Shown: positions 20,612-30,014 of the stretch, piece by piece | How the letters are laid out: every line of letters begins with the position of its first letter | Position numbering within the stretch: the stretch's first letter is position 1 | Assembly (NCBI GenBank): GCA_038523235.1 | Contig: JBCBJQ010000002.1 | Coordinates: 1-64,000, forward strand | Length of the DNA stretch: 64,000 nucleotides | Reading direction: 5' to 3' | DNA from: Cyanobacteria bacterium J06626_4 | GTDB lineage: Bacteria; Cyanobacteriota; Cyanobacteriia; Phormidesmidales; Phormidesmidaceae | Translations under genes and position numbers: made by a program | The notes under the pieces: model-generated | The model's database searches: none | What the model was told of the DNA's origin: nothing | The model's input: only the letters and a program-made list of their open reading frames with translations

Positions 20612-21925
20612 TTACGCCCCAGCTTTTGTGGTCTTTTCAATTAGACACAGCTGAGGCATTCTAAAGCCGACAATGCCGACCAGTAGCATCGCGATCGCAC
20701 TCCCCACATATAGCAGCGCCATCCCGGCCCCTGCGCCCGTACCAAAAATAGGCGCAAACAAAGCGCGCAATGCTCCCGGCGACTGCATCGCTGGTTCAAG
20801 CAGGTTATCGCTCAGGACGCCTGCCAGCAGTATGGCCGCCCCCTCAGCCGTATCATTAACCAAATCGCGCGCGGCAAATACCCGCCCTTGCACTTCGACA
20901 GGCGCGGCGGCCGTCAACAATGCCCGCTCTGACCCGCTGAGCAGAAGAAAAGTGATGGACATCAAAAACCCTGCTGGTAGCCAAACGGATAAATCCTGCC
21001 CCAAGCCAAACGCAATTCCGACCAGCCCGACGCCCATAAAGCTCACCAGCATTCCCCGCACATTGCTGCGAACCCCTCCCCAAAGGCTCAACAAAGCTGC
21101 TGCACCGAACCCGCCGATCCCCCAAACCGTGCCGATGGTGCCCAAAACCTCAGCGCTGCCACCGCTGCGAGCCAAAATCATCGGGTCAAAAATGGCTCCG
21201 CCCAGCGTCTCGAATCCCCAAAATACGGTGGTGATAACGACGAGCGATCGCAACCCAGCCGACCGCCAAATATAGCGCAGCCCAAACATGACCTCAGCCC
21301 ACAGCCAAGTTACGCGACTCGCCCAGCCCTTCGTCTTGGCGTCTAACTGTGGCCCATCGCGCTTGGTTGGCTGCGGAATTTTCAACCCGCTCAGGAGGGC
21401 AGTGGAGAACGCTACGATTGCCAAGCTAATCGGTAAAAGCCCTCCCAAGCCCAAAGCAGGGTAGAGCATTCCCGCGATCGCTGGCACAGCAATGCCAGCA
21501 AGAGAGCCTATCGCCCGAGTCATGCTGAGGGCGCGAACGTAGTCAGAGGGCGCCACCATCAGCCCAATCGAGGCTCGATAGGCCAGACCACCAAACTGAT
21601 CAAATCCGCCCCTGGCTAGCGCTACCGCGTACAGATGCCAAATAGCCAAATGCCCTGATAGATAAAGCATCAGCACCAGCAGCGCGGCTATTATCGACGC
21701 CACCTCGCTCAAAATCATCAGATATTTGCGATTGGTGCGATCAACCACAATCCCGGCAAACAAGGATGCCAAAATAATCGGTAGCTTATAAAAAAAGCCT
21801 GTCAGTACTAGCGCCATCGCCGAGCCTGTCAGCTCCCAAACCCAAAGCGTAATCGCAAAACTGGCAATGCGGGTGCCGATGGCTGAAATCAGGTAGCTGA
21901 GCCACAGAATCGTAAATTTACGCAA
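20612..21925 (-). CDS. MFS transporter (MFS_3/DHA3-like)
   Basis: Paralog of 2323..3612; GIVVDRTNRK, EVQGRVFA. Confidence 0.88.
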   Translation of the reverse strand: MRKFTILWLSYLISAIGTRIASFAITLWVWELTGSAMALVLTGFFYKLPIILASLFAGIVVDRTNRKYLMILSEVASIIAALLVLMLYLSGHLAIWHLYAVALARGGFDQFGGLAYRASIGLMVAPSDYVRALSMTRAIGSLAGIAVPAIAGMLYPALGLGGLLPISLAIVAFSTALLSGLKIPQPTKRDGPQLDAKTKGWASRVTWLWAEVMFGLRYIWRSAGLRSLVVITTVFWGFETLGGAIFDPMILARSGGSAEVLGTIGTVWGIGGFGAAALLSLWGGVRSNVRGMLVSFMGVGLVGIAFGLGQDLSVWLPAGFLMSITFLLLSGSERALLTAAAPVEVQGRVFAARDLVNDTAEGAAILLAGVLSDNLLEPAMQSPGALRALFAPIFGTGAGAGMALLYVGSAIAMLLVGIVGFRMPQLCLIEKTTKAGA

Positions 21926-22233
21926 GCTCGTAGGTGTAATAACAGCCCTGTGATACTACACCGGTTGGCTGAAAAATTTGGTTTGGCTTTACGAGCAGTG
22001 GGCAAGCGGTAATAAATAAAAAGTAGCAAAAGAGCTGAGGGTAGATTAGGCTTCGAATTTGCAAAATTTGCAAGTTTGGCAAGAGGTGGTGGCAGTCATT
22101 GGTTGAGGGCGATGCGCCGCTGGCGCATCGCTGACGATCGCGGTTGGGGTAGGAGGGGCGATTTCATCTTTCCTTGCCCCATCAATACCTCTCTTCCATC
22201 TCTCCCAGCCCTAACAGCGCAACGCCTGCCGCA

Positions 22234-23070
22234 TTACTCAACAGCGTCCACCACAAACCGATTGAGGCGATAGCCCTCCACCTTTTGGCGAATCAGCCAG
22301 GGAGCCCACTGGGCGAAAAATCGCATTTGCCAGGGCACCTGTTTCATCAAATCCGGGCTGGCGTCTAAAAAAGTGCGCGACTTGACCAGCCGTAAGTTGC
22401 CCCAGTCTTCGATTTCGTGGGGGTCGTCGCAGGCCCAGCGAAACCAGCTATCTTGTGACAGATAACGCATGGCATCATGAGTGGCTTGGCCCTCCACCAT
22501 TTTTTGTGCGGTAGTGTCGATGAGCAACCAAGCACCGGGAAAGCGATCGGCGATTTGGGTAATCGCTTGCCGAGCCTGGGCCGCTTCTAGATAAATGATC
22601 ACCGCTTCGGAAATAAAGCACCAGGGACCGCCCGTAGCAGCGACTGGTTCCATCCAGCCGGTGTCTAAAACGCTGGCTTCGAGCATGGTGCGGCGAGGCT
22701 CATCTTGGAAAAATTGTCGCCGCAGCGCGAGAGAATCCGGCAGATCTAAGTCAAACCAACGGACTTGACCATTATCCAAACGCTCAAACCGGGTGTTGAG
22801 GCCACAACCAATTTCAACCACGGTGCCGGTGGGATGTTCAGCTAAAAAGGCTTGCACATCTTGGTCAACCATGCGGGTGCGTAAAGTGGCCCCCGCTAAT
22901 GCTTTGGACTTTTGCCACTTAGAGAAGTCGTAATCCAGCGCCGCCACAATCTCGACGGCTTTGGCGTCTTGAATGAGGCCATTCTCTTTTTGGGTTTCTG
23001 CTGCTCGCCCTAACAGGGGAATCAACAGGGTTTCTTGGACGGGGCCGAGGTCAACTGTAATGGGGGACAT
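22234..23070 (-). CDS. Class I SAM-dependent methyltransferase (LCM/TcmP-like)
   Basis: VQETLLIPL.GRA.E, VVEIGCGLNTRFERLD...WFDLDLP, FISEAVIIYL. Confidence 0.85.
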   Translation of the reverse strand: MSPITVDLGPVQETLLIPLLGRAAETQKENGLIQDAKAVEIVAALDYDFSKWQKSKALAGATLRTRMVDQDVQAFLAEHPTGTVVEIGCGLNTRFERLDNGQVRWFDLDLPDSLALRRQFFQDEPRRTMLEASVLDTGWMEPVAATGGPWCFISEAVIIYLEAAQARQAITQIADRFPGAWLLIDTTAQKMVEGQATHDAMRYLSQDSWFRWACDDPHEIEDWGNLRLVKSRTFLDASPDLMKQVPWQMRFFAQWAPWLIRQKVEGYRLNRFVVDAVE

Positions 23071-23230
23071 GGTGACGATACTCCGTTGAACGGTGGCGAT
23101 CGCGAAGGGTATTGCCATGATAGCCAGCCTGGAGCGGCGTCATGATCGCGATCGCGTTAGGAATGATCACTCATCCGACACTAACGGACAAATTAACGCT
23201 GGTGCGATCGCTCTGGCCCTTTGTCAGGCC

Positions 23231-24241
23231 CTATCTCAAGCGTTTCAAATAGGCCCGGGGGGTAGTGCCAAATTTACGCTTAAAGGCACTGGCAAAATAG
23301 CCCCGGTGAGCAATGCCCACGGTGTTGGCGATCGCCTCAATCGTCATTTCATCTGCCTCTAAGAGCCGGCGGGCCTGTTCCATGCGGTGATCATGAAGGA
23401 GCCCAAACACCGTGGTGCCAAATATCTGTTGAAACCCTCGCTGTAACTTGCGCTCATTGATGCCAACTTGTTGCGCTAGCGCAGCGAGCGCAGGGGGATT
23501 CGTAATGTTTTGGAGCAAAATGGTTTTGGCACGATGCAAGGCATCAACGTCTTTGGGATTTACCCCACCTGATGGCGAAGCATCTGAGCCATGGGACACC
23601 AACTGAGCCAGGCAAAGGGCCAGTAGCTCTAAGGCTTTGGCCTCTAAATAAAGCCGTCGAACGCCGCCTTGGTGAGGACAATGGAGGATGAGTTGGAGAA
23701 TGCGCGCCATCTCGGGAGTGGTATAGATGGACTGCAAACAGAGATTAGAAGCGGCATTTTGCAGCTTTTGCTGCCAATCTTGGGAGAATTGATTGAGACT
23801 ATTTTCTACCAGCCTGAGTAATAACTTGGGCGTGATGGCTAAAGCCACCATCGTGATTTTTTGACCCGCGATTAATTCACTGCTGGTGGCGGCATTCGGA
23901 ATCGTGGCAAAAATGGCTTGACCCGCAGTGAAATCAAGCTTAGATTTGCAGCCAGGAATATAGCCTGACATTCTGCCCGATACATAAAAGGTGAACGTAG
24001 TGAATGAGTGCTGAGTTGCCTGGTTGCAAAAGTCAACAATGAGGTCTCGTTGAAGCGCATATTCATAGATCAAAAGCTCTAAGCCATCGCGTAGGTTGAT
24101 ACCTCGTAGGTAGCCTTGCCCCAGGGGAAGCGGTAAAAATAAGGCGGTTTCCTTGTCGCTAAGCTGACAATTGCCGCCAGTCTGCTGCTGAAATTCTTGT
24201 GTGGCCCGCTGGATATCAGTAGATGAAATGCTAACCTTCAT
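23231..24241 (-). CDS. AraC-family regulator (PchR-like)
   Basis: ILHCPHQG..RRLYLEAK; HTH region; tandem paralog of the next gene. Confidence 0.92.
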   Translation of the reverse strand: MKVSISSTDIQRATQEFQQQTGGNCQLSDKETALFLPLPLGQGYLRGINLRDGLELLIYEYALQRDLIVDFCNQATQHSFTTFTFYVSGRMSGYIPGCKSKLDFTAGQAIFATIPNAATSSELIAGQKITMVALAITPKLLLRLVENSLNQFSQDWQQKLQNAASNLCLQSIYTTPEMARILQLILHCPHQGGVRRLYLEAKALELLALCLAQLVSHGSDASPSGGVNPKDVDALHRAKTILLQNITNPPALAALAQQVGINERKLQRGFQQIFGTTVFGLLHDHRMEQARRLLEADEMTIEAIANTVGIAHRGYFASAFKRKFGTTPRAYLKRLR

Positions 24242-24524
24242 ATCATTAATCACCTAGGCTAAAAACCTGCGATAGTCACCGGTGAAATCGCTTTGCAAGG
24301 GGAAGTGCGTTTGATACTTTGCTTAGTAGGATTTTGGGTTTCTCCAACCACTGCAAACTGATCTAATTTTGTTAGCGCTCCCAAGGGTTGCTTGGGAACA
24401 GGTCATGAATGAACATGCTCCAGGCGATCGCGGTTGTAATCGGGGACAAAATTAGCAAGAGTCGTAAGTCAATTAAATCGCATAGATTAAGCATCACGGT
24501 CTCCTTATGAACAGTTGCTGGAGT

Positions 24525-25535
24525 CTATCTCAAGCGTTTCAAATAGGTTCGGGGAGTGCTGCCAAATTTGCGCTTAAAAGCACTGGCAAAATAGCCTCGG
24601 TGAGCAATTCCAATAGTGTTAGCGATCGCCTCAATCGTCATTTGATCCGCCTCTAGCAACTGCCGAGCCTGCTCCATGCGGTAGTCGTGTAAAACCCCAA
24701 AGACGGTGGTTCCAAAAAGCTGCTGAAACCCTCGCTGTAACTTGCGTTCATTGAGGCCAACCTGCCGCGCTAGTTCAGCGAGGCCAGGGGGATTCGTGAT
24801 GTTTTGCAGCAAAATGGTTTTCGCCTGATGCAAGGCCTCAATGTCTTTGGGTTTGATGCCACCTAACGGTGCCGGGGCAGAGCAGTAATGCGTGAGCTGA
24901 GAAATACAAATCGCCAGTAGCTCTAAGGCTTTGGCCTCTAAATAGAGCCGTCGAATTCCAGCTTGATGAGGGCAATGGAGGATAAGTTGGAGGATGTTGG
25001 CGACTTCAGGCGTTGTATGGCTGGGTTGAAAGTAAGGCGTCGATGCGGCATTGCGAAACCGGCGCTGCCAATCGAGGGGAAATTTATGCAAATCATTTTC
25101 TAGCAGCGTCAGGAATAAGTGGGGTTTGATGACCAAGCTGACAGCCAGAATCTTTTGACCTGCTAGTAATTCCGTGGTGCCTGCGGCATCAGGAATAGTA
25201 GTAAAGGTGGTTTGACCGGCGGCGACACTCATTTTTGACTTAAGCCCTGGCATACTGCCCAGGGTGGTGCCAGAGAGACAAAAGGTAAAATCGAGTAGTG
25301 AATATTGAGTGGATAACTGCGTAAAGTCGAGGATCAGATCCTGCTTGAGTTCAAATTCATGAATAAAGAGATCCAAGCCATTGCGTAAGTTAAGGCCTCG
25401 CACATATCCTTGTCCTAAGGTGGCGGATAAACATAAGACCGTTTCCCCGACGCTAAGTTGGCGATCGCCCCCAGCTTGCTGCTGAAATTCTTGCGTGGCC
25501 TGTTGGATATCGGTAAACGAAAGCGCAACCTTCAT
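24525..25535 (-). CDS. AraC-family regulator (PchR-like)
   Basis: Same motifs; 3' end nearly identical to the 23231 copy. Confidence 0.92.
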   Translation of the reverse strand: MKVALSFTDIQQATQEFQQQAGGDRQLSVGETVLCLSATLGQGYVRGLNLRNGLDLFIHEFELKQDLILDFTQLSTQYSLLDFTFCLSGTTLGSMPGLKSKMSVAAGQTTFTTIPDAAGTTELLAGQKILAVSLVIKPHLFLTLLENDLHKFPLDWQRRFRNAASTPYFQPSHTTPEVANILQLILHCPHQAGIRRLYLEAKALELLAICISQLTHYCSAPAPLGGIKPKDIEALHQAKTILLQNITNPPGLAELARQVGLNERKLQRGFQQLFGTTVFGVLHDYRMEQARQLLEADQMTIEAIANTIGIAHRGYFASAFKRKFGSTPRTYLKRLR

Positions 25536-25650
25536 ACTTCATCATCACTAAGCTGAAAGACGTCGAGCAATTACTTGGCAAAAGCTATGTAAGCGGCGGA
25601 CAGAGCCTGTTAGCGCGATCCCCCCGCTTCTCACTATGGAACTGAGAGCA

Positions 25651-28600
25651 TTAGACCAACACGCTGCTATCGAGCCCAGTGACGCCCTGCACCACGCCAA
25701 TGAGTTCGTTGCGATTGGTGAGCACTAGGGTGCCGCCACTCAGTTCCGAGAGCTTGACTCCATCTGGCGTCAGGCCACCGAGGCTAATCTGATCGATGCC
25801 CACTTCAAAGTCAGTGATGGTGTCGATGCCTTGGCCCAGGGCAAACACAAAGCGATCGGCCCCAGCCCCGCCGGTGTAGATATCGTCGCCCAGGAGACCG
25901 TCGAAGAGCTCATCGCCAGGGGTGCCCGTGAGCTCATCGCTGTCATCAGTGCCGATGAATTCGCCCGGCGGCAGCCCCAGCAGCGGCACCATCTCAGCAT
26001 CGATGCGTGTATCCCCCACATCGGTCCCCGCTGCCTCACTCAGACCTAAGGCGTCGGCAAATTCTGGGGCGAGCAGCAAATCGGCATCGGCCAGGGTCAG
26101 TTCGTCGTTCTCGACAATCAGACGACTAGGAACACTGATGTCGAAGAGGATATCGGTCACCAAAGCATTATCAAGGGTGTCTGCCACAAAGAAGCCACTG
26201 GCCGTATCGCTGACGCGATCGCCATCAAAGCCAATCGAGAAATTACCAATGGTGACCAGGGCATCGCCGCCGATGAGGAAGCTGATATCTCCCGTATGCT
26301 CGATGGTGCCGCTCATGGGTGTGAAAGGGACAGACTCAAACTGGAAGTCGGTACTGTCGGCAATTTCAAATCCGAGCTGAAACTGATTGGAAAATGGATC
26401 AGCCGTCGGGGTGGCATCTTGAATGACTAGACCTGCCGACTCAAACAGCGAAAAGTTGAGGAACAGGCTAGTTGCTCCTGATACTACCTGAAAGCTGCCA
26501 GGGTCATTGGGGGGTGGCGATACGGTGATGCGGCTGCCCAGTTCCTCCAGCCCAGCCTGGGGATTATCGACATAGGTCTCGCCGGCTCGCCCGGTGGCAA
26601 TCAGCTCAGCCGTGGTGCGAGTGAAAAAGGCGACGTCTTCGTGAGAGCTAAAGCCGATGGGATAGCCAAATTCATCGGCCCAATCATCAATGTGGAGGTG
26701 GGGGGGCGGCACTTGCCCTTGAGAGTTGAACTCGGGCCGCGACCAAAAGTTGAGGCCACTGAAGCCATCGCCGACAGATGTTTTTTCCCCTGCATTAAAG
26801 CCTTCAGGACCCAGAAAATCGCCGTCTTGCAGAATTTCTTGGGTATTGGTGTCAAAAGCAAAGTTGAATTCGGGGAACGTGAGATGGTTATCTTCGTACG
26901 TGCGCAGCAGCGTGCCGTCGGGGTCAAAGAAGGAGATATCGAAGCTGATCAGGTCTTCTTCGCGAACGATGCCGTCCTCAAAAAACTGACTAGCGTCATA
27001 GCTGAACTCACCCGCGACGCTAAAGCCCGCAATTTGTCCCATCCAGTCAAACTCGTAAGTCACGGGGTCGGGTGTCGGTGGGGTGATGGTGCGACGATAG
27101 GTGGGTAGCAGGTCGCTGACCAGGTTGGTGCTGGAGCGGCCGTTGAGCAGCTCCACATAGGTGATCTCTTCCAACGGGGAGTACCACAGATTTGAGCGGA
27201 ATCCTAAGGTTTGGCCTCGGTGGGCATACCAAAATCGATTGGGCGATTCCAGAGTGCCAATGCCCAACCCGTACGAGTCGTAGTTAGGCGAGTCCACCGG
27301 AATCGTGTCGAGCATGACGTCCAGCGTCTCGGGCTGGAGCAGCTCGCCATCGACCAGCAGGGCATCGAAAAAGTCGGCCAAATCTTCGGTGTTGGAAATA
27401 AGAGAGCCTGCTGATCCAGTCCAAGACAGGTTGGTGATGCTGAGGTCATCGAGGGTACCGTCGCCGTTGAAGTCCCAATAACTGTTGATGTAGCCGCCGG
27501 GAATCTCCTCTTCGCCGAAGACAAAGGTGTTGTCTAGTTCTAGTGGGTCGAGGATGCGATCGCGAATCTCTTGCCCATAGCTGTTGCCCGTGACGGCCTC
27601 AATTACCAACCCCGCCAGAATGTAGTTGGTGTTGGAATATTGCCAGTCGGTACCGGGGGCAAAGAAGGGATCAACGCCATCGACGAAGCCGACGAGCTGC
27701 TCCGCTTCCCAATCTTGCAAAAAGAGGAGCGGGTTGGAAGAAGCTTGAGCGGTGAGCACATCTAAATAATCGGTAATGCCGCTGGTATGTTTGAGGAGTT
27801 GCTCAATCGTAATGTCGCCAGCATTAGGAATCAGCGCCGTGACCTCTGGAGCGAGCCAGTCGGTCAGGGTATCGGCCAAGGAGAGCTGGCCGGTTTCGGT
27901 GAGTTGCAGAATCGTGGTGGCTACAAAGGTTTTGGTAATGCTGCCCGCCTCGAAGCGATCGCTCGGCTCCAGCGGCGTATCGTTCTCCAGATTGGAGACA
28001 CCGCTCGCCCCAAACCACTCGCCTTCTGGGGTCAAAATGGCCACGGCGGCACCGGGCACCGCTGGTGGCAGGTTGCTATCCAAGGCATTATCGAGGGCCG
28101 TAATGACGCGATCGGGCAGTGACATGGGGGTATTTTCCTCGGAATCAAGAATCGTGAGTGTAATCATTTGGGCGGTCGGATCAACGGTGTAGCCTGCCCT
28201 GGGCTGAATCGTAAAAGTCACCGTTTCTGCCCCTTCGGGTTCATCGTCGGCAGCCACCGGCAAATCAACCTGGGCTGTTTGCGCCATCATCGTTATGGCA
28301 AATTCGCCATAGCCGTCAATGTTGCCGACCATAGGAATCGGTCCACTCTGCCAGGCCGGAATAATATCGTCAGCGAGCGCTTCGTCGGTGCGTCCGTTCA
28401 ACAGCTCAACGTAGGTAAAGTCATCCTCAGAGCCGTACCAAAGGTTCGCGTTAAAGCCCAGGCTACCGCCCCGGTGCCCAACAATGCGGCCCAGATCCGG
28501 CGTGGCAAAGCTCATCATCCCCAGCCCATAGTCGTAGCCGCGCCCGGTGTCGACCAGGGTAAACATCTCGGCCCGCATCGCGTCAGACAGCAAATCGCCT

Positions 28601-29568
28601 CCATAGAGGGCTTGGGCAAAGGTGGTCAAATCTTCAGAATTGGAGACGATCGCCCCCGCCGCCCAAGTCCAAGACAGGTTGGCAATAGAAACATCATCGA
28701 GGCCGCCATTTTGATCAAAGTCGAGATAGCCACTCACATAGCCCCCTGGCACTGCGTCTTTTACCGTGGCCAGCCGGGTGTCTTCTAACCCGAGCGGGTC
28801 AATGATCTGAGTTTGAATGGTCGCTGCCAAATCATTACCGGTGGCGGCTTCGATCACCATGCCCGCCAGAATGAAATTGGTGTTGGCGTATTGCCAACCG
28901 GTTCCGGGAGCAAAAAAGGGCTCTGAGTCACCGATCAACGCGACGATGTCTTCTGGTTGCCAATCGCGCAAAAAGATAAAGGGATTTGCCGCTGCCTGCC
29001 CTAGCAGGATGGCGTCATACTCAGCCACGCCACTGGTGTGATTCAAAAGCTGTCGCAGGGTAATATCTGCCGCATTGGCCACGGTGTTGGTGACGGCCTC
29101 GGGCAGCCAGTCGGTCAGGGTATCGTCGAGGGCCAGCGTGCCCGCTTCGACCAGTTTCAGCAGAGTCGTGGCAGTAAAGGCTTTGGTGACGCTGCCCACC
29201 TCAAAGCGATCGTCGGTTGCTAGCGGGGTCTCAGTGGTGATGTCGGCTAGGCCCGCCGCTCCGGCCCAATTGCCCAAGGGTGTAGTGACGGCGATCGCGG
29301 CTCCGGGCACGGTGTCCGTCACTTTGGTCGCCAGCAGCGCCGCGAGCTGTGACTGTACGTCAGTAGGCAAATTCAGTGCGCCGCCCTCGATCTGAATCTG
29401 ATCGACCGCAAAGTCTGCTAGGTTTGGGCTCGCAATGGTAATGGTCGGGCCTGCTGCGACGGGTTCATCCAGGCTGAAGCTCAGGGTCGCCACGGTACCC
29501 TCGTCCTCGATCAGCAAATCGGGAGCGCAATCGGAGCTGGTAGAAGTAGACAAGCTCACTTGGGGCAT
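25651..29568 (-). CDS. Secreted tandem serine hydrolase (class C beta-lactamase/peptidase S12 fold, two domains) with RTX tail (G4)
   Basis: Two sets of SxxK (GSVTK, GSITK), LLxHTSG, YxN (YANTN, YSNTN) and HRG; shared tail. Start set at MPQVSL. Confidence 0.88.
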   Translation of the reverse strand: MPQVSLSTSTSSDCAPDLLIEDEGTVATLSFSLDEPVAAGPTITIASPNLADFAVDQIQIEGGALNLPTDVQSQLAALLATKVTDTVPGAAIAVTTPLGNWAGAAGLADITTETPLATDDRFEVGSVTKAFTATTLLKLVEAGTLALDDTLTDWLPEAVTNTVANAADITLRQLLNHTSGVAEYDAILLGQAAANPFIFLRDWQPEDIVALIGDSEPFFAPGTGWQYANTNFILAGMVIEAATGNDLAATIQTQIIDPLGLEDTRLATVKDAVPGGYVSGYLDFDQNGGLDDVSIANLSWTWAAGAIVSNSEDLTTFAQALYGGDLLSDAMRAEMFTLVDTGRGYDYGLGMMSFATPDLGRIVGHRGGSLGFNANLWYGSEDDFTYVELLNGRTDEALADDIIPAWQSGPIPMVGNIDGYGEFAITMMAQTAQVDLPVAADDEPEGAETVTFTIQPRAGYTVDPTAQMITLTILDSEENTPMSLPDRVITALDNALDSNLPPAVPGAAVAILTPEGEWFGASGVSNLENDTPLEPSDRFEAGSITKTFVATTILQLTETGQLSLADTLTDWLAPEVTALIPNAGDITIEQLLKHTSGITDYLDVLTAQASSNPLLFLQDWEAEQLVGFVDGVDPFFAPGTDWQYSNTNYILAGLVIEAVTGNSYGQEIRDRILDPLELDNTFVFGEEEIPGGYINSYWDFNGDGTLDDLSITNLSWTGSAGSLISNTEDLADFFDALLVDGELLQPETLDVMLDTIPVDSPNYDSYGLGIGTLESPNRFWYAHRGQTLGFRSNLWYSPLEEITYVELLNGRSSTNLVSDLLPTYRRTITPPTPDPVTYEFDWMGQIAGFSVAGEFSYDASQFFEDGIVREEDLISFDISFFDPDGTLLRTYEDNHLTFPEFNFAFDTNTQEILQDGDFLGPEGFNAGEKTSVGDGFSGLNFWSRPEFNSQGQVPPPHLHIDDWADEFGYPIGFSSHEDVAFFTRTTAELIATGRAGETYVDNPQAGLEELGSRITVSPPPNDPGSFQVVSGATSLFLNFSLFESAGLVIQDATPTADPFSNQFQLGFEIADSTDFQFESVPFTPMSGTIEHTGDISFLIGGDALVTIGNFSIGFDGDRVSDTASGFFVADTLDNALVTDILFDISVPSRLIVENDELTLADADLLLAPEFADALGLSEAAGTDVGDTRIDAEMVPLLGLPPGEFIGTDDSDELTGTPGDELFDGLLGDDIYTGGAGADRFVFALGQGIDTITDFEVGIDQISLGGLTPDGVKLSELSGGTLVLTNRNELIGVVQGVTGLDSSVLV

Positions 29569-29732
29569 ACATTTCAAGGTCTAGAGGGAAAAACTCTCTG
29601 GTGGTGGCACAAGAGTCAGGGGGGATCAGTAACCCGTGCGCTGGTCGTAGATCGGTTCTATGGACCAACGCATCTCCAGTTTCTGTGCTTGCGAGTATAC
29701 GAACAAAACTATGATGCAATGTATCACCTTCT

Positions 29733-29747
29733 TGCAATAAATTGTCA
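29733..29747. promoter_or_regulatory. Fur-like box upstream of G4
   Basis: Reverse complement TGACAATTTATTGCA. Confidence 0.45.
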
Positions 29748-29775
29748 TTAAGGTTGATGTCAGGAGTTTTTGAGA

Positions 29776-29807
29776 GGGATGGCGAAGCCACTCCTTTGGA
29801 GTATCGC
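29776..29807. repeat. HIP1-split SDR-like repeat, copy 4
   Basis: GGGATGGCGAAGCCACTCCTTTGGAGTATCGC. Confidence 0.7.
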
Positions 29808-29834
29808 GCCATCTCTCTGCATTCCAAGCCGCAT

Positions 29835-29893
29835 AAAAAATCCGACTGCCTCACAAGAAGACAGCCGGGGCAATGGTACAAGTTAGTCTGAGG
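29835..29893 (-). terminator. 3'UTR element E5 (anti-start plus terminator)
   Basis: AAAAAATCCGACTG..CAGCCGGGGCA-ATGGTACAAGTTAGTCTGAGG; downstream of G5. Confidence 0.78.
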
Positions 29894-29948
29894 GCGTCAA
29901 TCCACTCCCGGCCTTCCCCCCGCCCTCCCTGGGAAAGACCGTGAGCAA

Positions 29949-30012
29949 GGGAATAGGAAACAGGGAACAGGAAACAGGTGGTCCTATTCCCTGTTTCCTG
30001 TTCCCTACTCCC
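29949..30012. repeat. STRR-like heptamer repeats in inverted arrangement (hairpin) after the G5 stop
   Basis: GGGAATA-GGAAACA-GGGAACA-GGAAACA and its inverse CCTATTC-CCTGTTT-CCTGTTC-CCTACTC; related tracts near 4150, 9595 and 14780. Confidence 0.6.
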
Positions 30013-30014
30013 AT

